The position numbers were made by a program, and so were the translations under genes. From Chrysomallon squamiferum (taxonomy: Eukaryota > Animalia > Mollusca): DNA of 64,000 nucleotides. Below the pieces are notes generated by a model, which worked only from the letters and a program-made list of their open reading frames with translations, did not search any database and was not told the origin of the DNA. Below, one piece after another: positions 12,790 through 33,547 of this stretch. The stretch is from positions 11,780,001 through 11,844,000 of the forward strand of contig CM022668.1 of NCBI GenBank assembly GCA_012295275.1, written 5' to 3'. Positions within the stretch are counted from its first letter, which is position 1. Every line of letters begins with the position of its first letter.

Positions 12790-15719
12790 GTAATTTCCTT
12801 CAGAAAATCAGTTAAAAGTTTTTCAAACATTAAATTATTAAACAAAAAAGAATAAAATGCAAAAATTACAGACATGAAATTTTCTAAGAACATCATCAAC
12901 AACAGTCTACACAACAAGTCTACAATATCAATAATAATTTTTTTTTGCAATGAACAACGTCAAATGACCCACGCCAATGCTATCAATAACAACTAAGACT
13001 ATTTACAACATTCCAAGATTACATACGAGGTAGTTAGCAGTGCGGTGGGGGAACCCTCCCCCCACTGTCTGGTGGAATCTGTAATCCGCTACTACTATCA
13101 GCTTGCACGTGTTCTTACTCGACAGCCACGCCTGGCGTTTTGACCTCTCGTGACCTGTATGACGAATAAATTAATATTTAATTACACATCGAATCAACAC
13201 TTGGCTGACAGAAAGGTACCATTTTACCCCTTCACAGTCACATTTATGACATCAATGTGTCCACGAGTAACTGATAACTGGAATTTTTCTGACAACATTA
13301 CTGAGACAGTAGAAGAAATGTTAGAACAAATGGCCCATCTGCTATGCAATGACATCATAAAGACACAACCATTAGAAAAAAAATGGCAGCAGCCAGATAT
13401 TTTTAAACTGTAATCTGTTGTTTTTAAACTTTATTATTAATAAAGTCTGGAAATCAAAAAACAAATTAAAAAAAAAAAAATACCTGAAATTATTCTGAAT
13501 GTATTTAGATTTTTTTCAAAAAAGATGAAATAATGATGTTAAAATTCATGTGAAAAAAATAATTTTTTACTATCCTCCTTACTTTCTACTATAAAAATTC
13601 ATGTAAAACAAATAATTTTCTAACACTATCCTTATTTTCTTAAATCAAAAATCACATAAAACAAACAATTTTTTTACTATCCTATCCTTAAATCAAAAAA
13701 TCATGTAAAACAAAAAATTTTTTAATACTATCCTTACTTTCTTAAATCAAAAATCACATAAAACAAACAATTTTTTAATATTATCCTTACTTTCTTCTGT
13801 TGAATCTTCATCATCTTCTATATATCCTCCATCTGTCTCTGGATCCACATGAATCGATTCACAAAGTCTCCTATAAACAGTTACACAAGTAATAAATACT
13901 TACACACACCCAACACTGAATTATTTATTATTTTTCTCAACAGGATCAATGATTATTTCATTTAACAAAAGCTCATATCTATAATTTTATTTATTTAACA
14001 TTTTTGTTAACCTCTTAACAATTTTAACTTGACCACTGCAGTGGTCATTATTTTGACTTCTCATTTACCCATACTAATGACTACACCAGTCATTATTTTG
14101 GCTTTGCCTTTACCTATACTGACCACTACAGCCATCATTATTTAGACTCAGGAAGCTTGATCATTCTATCAATCATACCACAGGCTAAGCTCTATGACTT
14201 CAGAAAAGTTATTTCCATAAGAAATAAGAAATATTCCTAAAATTACTTAGTAAGAGTGTTTTATTTATATATCATATTGTTTATTTCTGTGATGACATTT
14301 CTTAAAATATGTGTCTGTCTGTATATCTGTCTGTCTGTCTGTCTGTTCTGTCTAACACTTACTGTTTATTGCTGTGGTTGGACAGATGAGGAAAACTGTT
14401 ATCCCACTTGATGTCTGAATGTCTGTAGGCAATCATCATCCGATCATCTGAATGATTAAGATGTCGCCAAGATGGCTGAAAAAACAAAAAATCATTTAAT
14501 TAAACAGAACAAAAAATGTACATATAGAACAAAACCTTCACACAAACACAGAAATAGTATAATTACAAGTTTATATATCATACATAAAAGGTAATGTGTA
14601 CAGAAACACACACACACACATATCAACAATCTAGAAACAAACAAATATACATATATATATATATATATATACAATCACACAAAGACATACACATATATAT
14701 GATATATGATGTACCTAATTATGTACATATAAACATACATATATACTCTTACAAACCATATACATGAATTGTGAACAGTTGTATCCAGTGCAGCTTTTTA
14801 AATGTTAATAATATTTGCACACATTTTTAAATAAGATGAATAAATTTTTATATAAAATGTATATATCAATAAATAAATAAATAAATAAATAAAATTAAGT
14901 AAATTAAGAAATTCAAATAAATTTTTTATATAAAATAATAAAAAAAATAAATAAATAAATAATTCAAGTTTTTACCTCGATGGCGTAAAGTTCATCCTGT
15001 GTGTGTATGACCATGTTCCACACTCCATCTTCTACGTGAGCCCGAACAGTCTCTGATGTGTTGTCTGTGTCATAACAATAACAATAATAACAATAACAAC
15101 AATAACAATTATAATAACAATAACAACAATAATAATAACAATAACAAAACAATTACAGTAACAATAACAATAATAACAATAACAATAACAACAACAATAA
15201 TAACAATAACAATAATAATAATGCTAATGATGATGATATTAATAATAATGATGATGACAATAATAATACTGACCATCATAATATTGATGATGATAATAAT
15301 AATTAAAATAACAAAATTAACATTAATAATAATAATAATACTAATAATAAAAATAATAATAATAGCAATAATAATAATATATTAATAAATATATCATTAA
15401 AAATAATTTTAAAACTGATATTAATAAGAATGTTACAGATCTGTAAATATGACAGAAAGTTCAGTTATTGTATTATAATTGTTTTCTAAATCAAGAGGGC
15501 TTTTTCTGCATCAAAGAGTTATGTCCCTTTGAATCTTAATTTGTTTCCTATTTTGGTCATTAGTTTAAAAATTGGGATAAAATTTTCATTTTAAATATTC
15601 TTTTAAATATTTCACAAGAAAACACTGAAATGAAGAGCTTTCATTCTTTTATTATTTTTATGTATATTAATATTCCTTAATTAATTTGATATTATGTTAT
15701 GTACTATTAGAAAATAACA

Positions 15720-15750
<31 letters not shown>

Positions 15751-17765
15751 TACTTTTATTACCTGAAAGATGTCCTGAATAAAAATCATTTTTGTTGATA
15801 AACAATGGAGAGGCACTTCCATCTTTGTTGAAAATCTGAGCTTTGAAACCATCAGCAAATATTGAACCATCCGGTTTTAGCAGAATGTCAAAGTGTCTGA
15901 GGAGAAATTAATTAAATTTAAATTATTATATACATTCATTTAATTACTAATGAGAATCCTAAAAGACAATTCTTTAAAATTATGAAAAAACAATTTAAAT
16001 AATTTTAAAATATATTTAACTCTTATGACTTATATTAAAAGAATTAATTAAAAAATAAAAAGGGGAGGTTGTAGAGAAATATAAATTAAAATAATAATTA
16101 TTAATAATAATAACCAGAATGGTAAAAAGAATATTAATATTTTAAAAATAAAAAAATAAATAGAAGACATAATGATCATGATAATCAAAAAAACAATTGC
16201 AATAGTATTAATAATAGCACAAGCACCAATAAATAAATAATAATAACAGCAATTTTAATAATAATAAAAACAACAATAATAACATTAATAGCAACAGTAG
16301 TAGTAATAATAATAATAATAGGAATAAATAAATAAATAAATAGTAATAGGTGTAATTAAAAATAATAATAAACAATAAAAAAAATTATAAATAATAACAA
16401 CTATAAAGCCTTAATAATAGTAATATTAACAATAAAACTTTAAAGCTATACAAACCTTCCCAGGGTATCAAACTTCACATTAATACTATTTGAATCTTCA
16501 TCATTCACACTTCTCTTTTTCCTGACACTAAAATCCAAGTCTTTCAAAGTCTCATAATAACGCAGTTTTGTGTCAATTGAACCTAAAAGAATTTTTTTTT
16601 TTAAATAATTATATTATTACAAATTTTTTTTAAAAAATACTGAATCTGTAATGAAGAGCTTGTGTGTGTGTGTGTGTATATATATATATGAATGGAAAGG
16701 AAATTAAAATTATATTCATATTTATTATTAACACAGATATAAATTATCATGTTCTTGAATAAATTAAGTATATGAATTATATAATGGGGGGGATGTTGTT
16801 ATTGGTGTTACTGGTTTTTTGTTTTTGTATTTTTCAGCATCAGAATGTATAAATTCTGTCAGTTTTCATTTTATAGTTGGGGCCAGTTTCAGGAGGTCTT
16901 GGAAAACCTCAGCTCTATGTTTGAGTTAGATGACATTTAAAACAATAATTTTGGAAGTATTTCCAAGTTGCTTCTGTTCCAACATTATTAAATAGTAATA
17001 ATAATTAACTACCAAATTTGTAAATATCAAAAAAATACTGTTGACAAAATGCCCTGAATCATTGCATGAATTATTTATTTATTTATTTATTTATGTACAT
17101 GGAATAAGTAAATATTTTTTTTATTGATTGATATAAAGTTTTAAAAACTAATAATTTTGCAAGAAATCAAAACTAAAAAAAAAATAATAATAATAAAATA
17201 AATAAATAAAAACAACTGTAATCTTATTTATTTATTATGTATTATCTCTTTAAATATACATTAATTTTGAAAAATTATTTATTTATAAACAAATTGTTTT
17301 TTGGAGGGTATATCCATTTGTTATCCTTTTTATTTTCTGTTTTAAAACTAACCAAGATAAAACTGTAACACTTGATGACTCATTAACTTACATAATGATT
17401 ATATAACGTGTTAAATAATAAGACTGGTGTCAAATTAAATTATCTAATTTCTCGATCAGTTGTCAAACTAGCGATTGAAAGTAGTAATTCACTAATTGAG
17501 TATATTAAATACTTCAAATGAAGTGCAGTGTATATGAATGAAAAACACCGTTCAACCATAATTCGCTGTGGATGAAAACTTTGATAATAAAATCATTTAT
17601 TCATAACGAAACATTAAAAATCATTTTATCATGAATACGACAGGAATGCGGCATATCTCAATTATGTGATGCAATTCGCCGATTTGCATATATAACAGTT
17701 AGTATAAACTTACCAAGTACAGCTCCGATACAGACACAGCAAAGTATAATACCAAATCCTCCCAT
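219..17765 (-). CDS. ADAM17: ADAM17/TACE-like disintegrin metalloprotease (multi-exon; one catalytic-domain exon not located, one disintegrin exon off-frame)
   Basis: Exons 5'->3' with GT-AG ends: 17714-17765 ([17 protein letters not shown] signal), 16456-16582, 15763-15896, 14976-15064, 14363-14475, 13791-13870, 13027-13154 (furin site RSKR; [14 protein letters not shown]), 12517-12609, 11731-11811, 10400-10538 ([21 protein letters not shown]), [exon not found], 8342-8347 (microexon), 7980-8098 (GHNWGSEHD...YLMYPYA Met-turn), 7296-7365, 6628-6766 ([13 protein letters not shown] disintegrin), 5788-5889, 4384-4435 (off-frame), 4001-4083, 3018-3133, 2083-2164, 1377-1465 (TM: [19 protein letters not shown]), 915-968, 219-377 (ends EKETSV*). 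Phases are consistent except where noted. The motifs recall vertebrate ADAM17 ([38 protein letters not shown]). Confidence 0.92.
1805..2050. repeat. ~85-bp AT-rich tandem repeat x3 (intronic)
   Basis: TAATTTACTAATAGCAAAA...ATAATTTAAATTTTAATAAT recurs three times. Confidence 0.7.
5879..6222. repeat. ~57-58-bp tandem array overlapping an ADAM17 splice acceptor
   Basis: AGTTCATAGGACTAAAATAAAA...CAGTTAT occurs three times, followed by 3-4 diverged units. The first copy is the true acceptor plus exon start. Confidence 0.85.
8342..8347 (-). CDS. ADAM17: 6-nt microexon (AACTTG) of the ADAM17-like gene encoding E-L of HELGH
   Basis: The minus strand reads a pyrimidine-rich tract, then ...caatccatacag|AACTTG|gtaagt. 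Joined to the next exon (G|GT CAC AAC TGG) it gives (G)AA CTT GGT CAC = E L G H, completing the zinc motif. Confidence 0.8.
13545..13796. repeat. ~55-bp degenerate tandem array overlapping an ADAM17 splice donor
   Basis: TATCCTTACTTTCT...AAATCAAAAATCACATAAAACAAACAATTTTTT repeated about 4-5 times. The last copy is the real donor. Confidence 0.75.
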
Positions 17766-18932
17766 GCTTGTTGTGATCTATTTTTACTGCTGTCGTATTT
17801 CCAATCATGACGCAAATAAACTAATTCTCAAAAATCCCACCATTTGCGGAAGTTTAGCGTCGACTGATGTTCAGAAAACAAGAAAAACCAGTCTTTGTCT
17901 AAACTCGTAAATCATCGGATATGTTCGTCATAAGTCGTATTTGAAAATAACTTTTTTTTTTTATCCATTTTGGCGGGCTGATTACAAACGAAATATAAAA
18001 TAAATAGATAAATAAATAAATAATACTAAATTGTTATTTTGAAAATATTTATTAAATAATAAGTTAATTTAAAACAAAACATTTAAGAAATAGATTAAAT
18101 AATAATAAATAAAGAAATAATTTGTTAACAGGGACAATAGGCGGAATGAGATATATCCCTCTGTCGTTCGTAAAATAAAAAGCCTTTTTCGAATTTTACA
18201 TTGTGTTTTATAATTATTATTACTACTACTACTGCTGCTGCTACTACTACTATTACTACAAACAGTAGTAGTAGTAGTAGAAAATGATGGTTTCGTGTAA
18301 AAGACGTAAATTTTCAAACTAGTAATAACTATTACTTAATAACAATAAAATAAATAGATTTGTTTTTCTTAAAAATCAATATAATACTAACTTTTAATCC
18401 CCAATATTTTTTTTTATTTTTTTACTATTCATTTTATATTATCTATCTATCTATCTTATTATTATTATTATTATTATTATTATTTATTATTTAGTGTATA
18501 TGTATTGTAGGTATTAGTAATGTTATGCTTTCGGTAGCCCTATTTTAAACGTGAATAAATGTATCCGAAAATAAATTACAAATACTATAAATCAAAACAG
18601 CTTTTGTGATTTCGTTTTGCAGTTTTCGACTGCTTTTAATTGAAATTCCGAAATCACCGCTGGATGCAACAAATCCTTTTTCAGGGTGATTAACACTAAC
18701 ACAAAATGTCCAATTTAACAGTCTGTCTCTTTATTTTCGGACATTTGTGAAAAGTGTCGTGCTATCGCATGTGTATGCCGCTGTTTGCAGATGCACCTCG
18801 AATGCATCCCCAATAACAAACAACTTCCTGGAAACGAACAAACGCGGTTATTAGAAGAGCGTTACCAAGGGAGTGAACTGAAGCTGTTTTATTTCTGATG
18901 ACGTAAGACGCTTGTTATTTGTCGTATTAGAG

Positions 18933-20549
18933 CAGTGATTCTCACAAGGGTGTACTTAGAGACATGCGTAGGTGTGCCCAAACGAAATTCTAGGATCTAG
19001 GTAGATATTTGTGATGATAAAAAACTGATTATGTTAAGAGCGGAAAGATATCCAGTAAGAAATAGCCGGTTGCCCAGACGTTGTAAACTCGTTTGAAACG
19101 AGTTTTGGCTGATGAGCAAGCACGGCTGCTGAAGGCTGTGCAGTAGTTTATCAGTGACAGTATGAGTGATAGGGTGTGCAGGCTGCACAGTAGTTTACCA
19201 GTGGCAGTGTGAGTGACAGGGTGTGCAAGTGTGATAAATAGCCAGAGGTTTCTTGTGACACATATTCCCAGTCACTAACCATCTAAAACTTTAATATTTT
19301 ATTGAATTTTAGCCTATTATAGTGTCACATTTGTTAAAAGCAAACGATTGATAAAAGTTTCCCCTTCACTGCACAATGCACGCCATTAAAAATATAGCCT
19401 GTGTACAGTTTTTTGACATTTTAACAGTCCATTGCTTTGTATTTCATATTACAATATTTTTTAAGAAATTGCCAAGACACGTCAGGCTCATACTTCTCAT
19501 CAGCACAAAATAGATGATGAATAATACTCACACAAGGGCGGTAACTCTAAATATATCAGTGAACATCTCTCACACAAGGGCGGTAACTCTAAATATATCA
19601 GTGAACATCTCTCACACAAGGGCGGTTAACTCTAAATATATCAGTGAACATCTCTCACACAAGTGTGGTAACTCTAAATATATCAGTGAACATCTCATAC
19701 ATAAGGGCTGTAAAAATATATCAGTGAACATATCTCTCACACAAGGGCGGTAACTCTAAATATATCAGTGAACATCTCTCACACAAGTGTGGTAACTCTA
19801 AATATATCAGTGAACATCTCATACATAAGGGCTGTAATCTAAATATATCAGTGAACATCTCTCACACAAGGGCGGTAACTCTAAATATATCAGTGAACAT
19901 TTCTCACACAAGGGCGGTAACTCTAAATATATCAGTGAACATTTCTCACACAAGGGCGGTAACTCTAAATATATCAGTGAAAATTTCTCACACAAGGGCG
20001 GTAACTCTAAATATATCAGTGAACATCTCTCACACAAGGGCGTTAACTCTAAATATACCAGTGAACATCTCTCACACAAGGGCGGTAACTCTAAATTTAT
20101 CAGTGAACATCTCTCACACAAGGGCGGTAACTCTAAATTTATCAGTGAACATCTCATACACAAGGGCGGTAACTCTAAATTTATCAGTGAACATCTCATA
20201 CACAAGGGCCGTAACTCTAAATATATCAGTGAACATCTCTCACACAAGGGCGGTAACTCTAAATATATCAGTGAACATCTCTCACAGAAGAAAAACAAAC
20301 GGTACAGATTCCAGACGAGAACCGTTTATACGCGAAATGATGAAGAATCTGACATAGATGTAAACAATGAGGATAGACAACCTCAGCAGCCTGGTCTGCA
20401 ACTGATTCAGCCGCAATATCCTTCTTTCAGTTATTTCTGTATTTTTTTACATTTTGCATTATATTTCTTAACATTTTGTGTGTAGTATGCCCGCAGTTTT
20501 TTGGAAGGCTTCAAGTGTGTCCCTACTTCAAAAAGTTTGAGAACCACTG
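18933..20549. mobile_element. Non-autonomous hAT (Charlie/SPIN-like) DNA transposon
   Basis: The left end is CAGTGATTCTCA and the right end is TTTGAGAACCACTG (reverse complement CAGTGGTTCTCAAA). A perfect 8-bp target-site duplication TATTAGAG lies at 18925-18932 and 20550-20557. No transposase ORF is present. Confidence 0.88.
19527..20286. repeat. 42-bp minisatellite (~18 copies) inside the hAT element
   Basis: Unit CTCACACAAGGGCGGTAACTCTAAATATATCAGTGAACATCT, head-to-tail with no spacers. It explains the 14-aa-periodic ORFs on both strands. Confidence 0.95.
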
Positions 20550-21373
20550 TATTAGAGATTATACCAATGTCACACTGAACGAAATAAGAGGAAAACATTC
20601 CATTTTTTTTCTTTTTTTACCTTCAATTGTTTTCGGGTTTATTTTTTCGTTTTGGTAGTATGTCAGTAGTTTGTCAGTAATAAACGTAGCATCACATAAA
20701 GATGAAATCAACAATTTCAGTTGTTTATTTCAAAAGATGTTTCTCTTTTTATCTTTTCCTTTCTTTTCAACACAAAGTTAAGAAAAAAATAAAAGAAGTA
20801 GAAAGGAAAATATAATTTTAGGAAATAATATATTAATTTATATTCAATAATATTTTCACTGAGAAAGAAAGAAACAAATAAAATGAAAGAAAAGCTTTTT
20901 GAAATTTTTTTTTTTTTTTTAAATCATTAAAATATAAAACAAATCTTTCTAAACGAATCTTTACTTTTCATGCATACTTTTTTATTTATTTAATTTATAT
21001 TTAAATTATTTTATTTTTCTAATGTTTCTAAATTAAACTAACTGTTCTAAACATGGTTTGACATTATTGCAACATTTACAAAAAGAAAGTCATAAAAGGA
21101 TTAAATGAAATTACGTAATATGACGTCAAACGCTAATAGAAACATATTATGTTACATATAAGTGTTACTTCGTAGCGTCACGTGAAAATATGTCTTCGTC
21201 ATCCCAGCGACTATAACAATCTATGGTTCGTAGTGAAATAACCTTTAGGTAATTGCAAAAATTTTCACATCCTGCTGCCAAAACGGTGAACTAACAAAGT
21301 GGTGGAATTTACATTTCAAAAGTAATGACACGAGACCTTAAGTAACCATTGAATCATTATTTGTTAACTGTTG

Positions 21374-21470
<97 letters not shown>

Positions 21471-22679
21471 GACTATTAAAGTTTCACTTTAAACAATATT
21501 TCAGGGTTGTTTTGGGGGATTTTTGTGTGTGTATTTTGTTGTTGTTGTTGCTGTTGTTTTTTGTGGTAGTTTTTTTTTTACTTATTTTTTTTTTTTTTAT
21601 TATATATATTTTTTTTTTTTTTTTGGTTGTTGTTGCTGTTGTTGTTGTTGCTTTAAGAAGAAGATTTCAGATCAAAGGAAAAACAGAAAACTAATCCATG
21701 TACAGTAGGCTGTTGTATGTTTTGTTTTGAGCTGGTAAATTTTAAGCTAAGTTAAAAGTCGACATCCAAGGCACGTAACTCCGAATATTGGGTTAGTCCT
21801 CAATGACGGACAGGAAATGCTGCCGCTTTGTTCAGAAGGAAATAATTAAAAGTTATGTAAATTATGTTAATCTCTAGTTAAACAGTATCAGCGATAAATT
21901 TTATCTATTTATTTATTTATTTATTTTGTTGTTGTTATTTTCAGGGTACTCAGATCCAGTCTTTCATAATAATAAAGTATGACAATAATAATAATAATAA
22001 TAAAACTGTGATTTAACGAAACGGGTGAAAATCCCATTTTACTTTTTTTTGATATAATTACACTCGTTATGTCCTTCATACAACTGTTAATAACAGGAAG
22101 AACAAGAAAACAGAAGAAGAAAAAAGTAAAGTGAACATCATCATCATAATACTAATAACAAAAGGATGATTAAACCAATGTCAGTAATTTATAATGATGC
22201 TTATGATAATAGAAGAAAATAACGATGATGTCAATGAAACATTTAATAATCAAGAAATCATTTGTATTTATAATGTACCAATGTTGAAAGAAAGAAAACA
22301 GTTCAGTTTTGTTATATTATTCTCATACTTTATTATTATAAATTGCAAATTAAACCAGACAACGAGAGGAACATTTTAACAAGACACAAAGAATCTATTT
22401 TATATATATATATATATAAAAGACAGTTATATGTTTAGAGTAAATTTGGGACTCTCTGTTAAGCTAGGAGGAAAGGAAAAGATCAGAAGATGTTTGGTTT
22501 TGATTTGACATCATTTTCACATGTTACATTACGTCAGAGCTTAGAAAGGCGTCAAAATTCACACTTTTTTTATCACTTTTAAAATTATTTAAAAGTCGAA
22601 ACTGTTACAGCTACTGTCATTATTAACACTTTATAATCCTTCACCTTTTCTGTTTCATTTTTCTTTAAATTTTTAAATC

Positions 22680-22729
<50 letters not shown>

Positions 22730-24008
22730 ATTTGATCCTGTGACGTCTCGAACATTCGGCCTTGTCAAATATTCCAGCCTACAGGATCACAGGGTTGTGT
22801 CAAAAAGTCAGCGTCACATTTAAACGAAAACGGCGTCTAGGCACGTTCCGTCAACAATGTGTCAGAATTTAGTTATTACGATCAAAAAGAATTCGTTTAC
22901 GTTCGTACTTTGTCGTACTAACTCGTGAATATTCCACATTTTACGTCGGCGACGGTACGACCATTTTTAAGCGGATCTTCGAATAAAAACAGAGGCCAAT
23001 TTTTTCAAGGTTACATTTTGTTTCCTTAATTCGTCTTCAGATCAGTTGAATCAGGTTGCGAATTGTGCAGATCCACTGGTATTATATCTCTAATGCATAA
23101 GGAAATACGATTAAGTTGGAGTTTATAATGGGCTTTCGTGTTTTCTCTCTTCTTTTCTAGTATTTTTTCGGTTTTGGGCAGGTAAGGATGTTTTTTAAAT
23201 TAAAACTTCTTGTATTTGGGACATTTTCAGATAACTGTATTTAAAGATGGTAATTTCGATTCTATGTGACATTCTAAATGTTAGGAGAATTTTTTTTTTT
23301 TTTTTTTTTTTTTTGTTATAATTGGATATCGTGGAGTTTTCTAATTTATAGGATATATATAAAAATATTTCGTTTCTTCTTTAATTTGCTATAATATGAT
23401 ATTGAAATGATAAAAATATATTTGTATTTTTAAAAAGTTAAAATTGTATATAACACTTCATACTCTAAGCATTTGTTTTCAATTAAATTATGATATTCTG
23501 TATTTGTATATTCTAATTATGAAATAATGTTTTCATATAAATTATGGCATACCTTGATTACTAAACTTAAAATAAAATACTGATAATGAAATTATCATTT
23601 AAATTATAACGTACTAGCTTTATATATGTATATTAGAAATATAATTGATGAAACATATTGATTTATAATAGAACTTATTATGATAGAGGCATCAACTTTT
23701 TAAGAGAAACACAGAGTATTAATTAAAATATGTTTCCAACTATTTTTCAGATTGTAAATATAACATAAAACACAAGTAACTAAATTTTTCTTATTATTAA
23801 CAAATTATTTAATATTCTTAGTTTATATAATACAAAATACTGTAGTAAATGTTGTAAATACATTTTAAATACTTCCAGTGTTTACAAAATATAACTGAGA
23901 ACCAGACTTTGCTAATTATAAAGTTTGGCGTTTTAATAAAATGGTGATAGACTGACACTGTTATTATTATTGTTGTTGTTGTTGTGGTTGTTTTTGTTGT
24001 TGTTGTTG

Positions 24009-24059
<51 letters not shown>

Positions 24060-25304
24060 TGTATAATAATAATAATAATAATAACGATATCAATTTGCCA
24101 CCGCGCATTTGTTATTAATACGCCACATTTGATTATTTACTAAAGACCGGTCCACAATTAAATACTGCAGAACATTTATTTGTTGGAAGTATTTAAAATA
24201 TAATGAAAGCATTTAGCAGATCTGTCCTAGACAAGTCTATCTTTTAACTTTGCTGGACAGTATCCTGGACGAAACTCCATTCGTACTAAAACCCCACAGA
24301 ACATAATCCCAGTCGAACAAAATCCTAGCATTCAAAACTCCACTCTGACATCCGTACCTAAAAAAAAAAAGGATTGGTTTTTTTTTTGTTTGTTTTTTGT
24401 TTTAAATTTAATCAAGTGTTACATCTGCCAGAACGATGAAATGTATGTGAAAGTAAAACGTAACGAAATGTTTAACTGTTTACAACCGATTTTTTTTTTT
24501 TACGTTTACTCTGGGATTATTTCCAAGCCATGTTTGCTGTGGTGATCGGTTCTATTTTCGTGTAATACCTGGTGCCGTGGTAACCTAAGCGTTGACCTTA
24601 CCTATGTTTGTAATTCAAACTGGTGTAAGCTCGTAAACACGACAGTAAATATCTAAAATAACACTGTCAACTATGGTTATGCGAACCAGCAAGCAGAAGT
24701 CAAATGTTCATCTCTTGGCGCCGGAAAGGTGGGGAAGGGTGAATAGGTAAAATAAATTGAATTTCCAAAATAAAACTATATTTGAATTGTAATTAATTAA
24801 TAGACCGATACACCCATATACCTTATACGCTCATCTACCAGAGACAGAAAGAGAGAGATTACTTTGTTTTTGTAGGAATTTTAAATTCTCTTTTATGTTA
24901 CATAAATGAATCAATTTTCAAGTGATAATAAATTTAAAAAGAAAGAAAATGTGTAATAATATTTTTATCAGATTTGTTTGTTTAATTTTTTAATTTTTCG
25001 TTTGTTCTTTATTTATTGGAAAAATACGTGGTTATAACGATATATGATATGGAAGATTTTATTTTATTTTTTTCATTTATTTCGTTTATTATTATAAATA
25101 TTATTTATTTATTTATTTATGCATTTACTTATTTATTTATTTACATGTACTTACTTACTTACTTCACTGGCTCTGTTTAATTTTAGTGTCAACGCCTCTT
25201 CTTACCTGAACCAATGCTTTTCTGTTAAAAACAGAAGTACATGCCTCATAGGCACTATTACTAATACTAATTTCCTCCATTACAGTGTCACCGAAGCAAT
25301 ATAA

Positions 25305-31762
<6,458 letters not shown>

Positions 31763-31906
31763 ATTTGAGGGGTTTTTATGATTATTATTTTTTTTTTTTT
31801 TAATTATTTTTTTTTATTTATTATGATTTTTTTTTTATTTTGTAATTATGAACATGATGATGATTAATAACAAATATAATAATAATAAGAATAATTATTA
31901 TTATTA

Positions 31907-31978
<72 letters not shown>

Positions 31979-32783
31979 ATAATGCACTGTACCTGTCGAA
32001 TTAAAGCCTAATCCAAAATAGTGCACCGTAGTAATCCATATATACGCCAAATTAATGCCAAAACACACACAAATAACAAATCCCAAAACACGGAATAAAA
32101 CCCAAAATATGTAATTCCATTACTAAATCCCACAAAACAGACAATAAACCCCCAAATTCAAAATAAAATGTCTAATAATTAATAAAAGATATAACAAATC
32201 CTAAAATATAATGCAAATTATACTGTATCTACAATAATAAACACAAAATATCGAGCACCCCACAAACGAGATTCGATCCTACAACCTGCTACGACTAAAA
32301 CCAGTTTATGTTTACAAGCCTACAGTTAGATACAAATTATTCTCTGTTAACTTGATCCAAAGACCTCTAAAAGTTTGAACTTACGAAATAATAAACTCCA
32401 ATGCTTACAGAAATTCTTTAATTGTGGTACGAAAGAGGAACTGCTAATCTATAGTCCAAAAAATTCGCCCCAAATAGACGAAATACGTGAGGAAACTGGA
32501 AGCGAAGGTTAACGTTTTTGTCTTATCTAAATGCGCAGCAGAGTTTGAAAATAACTGACAGCGCTGAAACACAGGAAAGATTGATTGTAGTAGCAATGCA
32601 GAAAATTAGGTAAATTTATAAAAAAAAAAAAAAAAAAAAAGAATTAAAATATATATATATATATAAAATTACAGCTTGAATTATTTATTACTTTATTTAT
32701 TTATTTATTTATTTATTTATCTATTTGTTTGTTTGTTTGTTTGTTTATTTGACTGTTTCTTTGATTGTTTGCTTTAGTTAACC

Positions 32784-32863
<80 letters not shown>

Positions 32864-33328
32864 TGAAGAAAACATACACATAAGTGTATGTGGAATACAT
32901 TTTAAAAATTAACATAAACACATAAATGTGTATTATACAGATATAAATTCATAATCATACATTTAAACTTTACAAAGAAATAATTTTATACATATATACG
33001 AATATAAATAGATATAGAGCTGCATACATATATAGATAATATATACTACAGAGATACGTATACACACACATACACACACACTCACATAAATATATATGCG
33101 TATGTGGAGTGCACGTGTGGTATATAAATATTCATTTGCATTTGCATATATATACGTACGTATAAACACATATTAAACCCATAAAAAATACACACACCTA
33201 CATAAAAAGCACATAAAATCCATCACTTATAATTAATGCTAACAGTCTGTTATCTATTACACCCTATTAAACCATCACCTGTCCATTATTGTCCCACCTG
33301 TCTTGACCTTTGCACGCTGACATATACA

Positions 33329-33547
33329 GTCACGTGACGTACTTAGCAGAGACTGTTATCTCGATAAAGCTGGCAGCCATCTAACAACACAAACAGTATT
33401 AAATTACATATCTCTCTCTTAACAGCAACTCACTCAAGAAATATTTTGCATGTTCTAAATTTAACCCTAGCCGCACATGAGTTCAAACAAGCGAGCGAGT
33501 TAAAGCCAATAATATTTTCATCTTGGAAATAACGATAGTCACGTGAC
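33329..33547. promoter_or_regulatory. Two perfect GTCACGTGAC palindromes (extended E-box/CLEAR consensus) upstream of the SMYD-like gene
   Basis: Exact 10-mers at 33329-33338 and 33538-33547, in a relatively CpG-rich stretch 0.8-1 kb upstream of the ATG. Function is inferred. Confidence 0.45.

Noticed and set aside
19527-20286. CRISPR-like array or repeat protein (ORFs 19819-20298, 19851-20357)
   Set aside because: The units are contiguous with no unique spacers, there are no cas genes and the context is eukaryotic. The ORFs exist only because 42 is divisible by 3.
23128-23181. ATG with hydrophobic codons as the chitinase first coding exon
   Set aside because: There is an in-frame TAG after 10 codons, and a better in-phase signal-peptide exon exists at 25305-25365. 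This exon is probably 5' UTR, possibly with a uORF.
32255-32300. tRNA-like B-box on the minus strand (AGGTTGTAGGATCGAATCTC)
   Set aside because: No cloverleaf or A-box is recognisable. At most it is a decayed SINE head.
32596-32609. ATGCAGAAAATTAG|gt as an alternative first exon of the SMYD-like gene splicing to 34347
   Set aside because: The phase fits, but it is only 14 nt with no homology support, and the ATG at 34327 already gives a plausible start.
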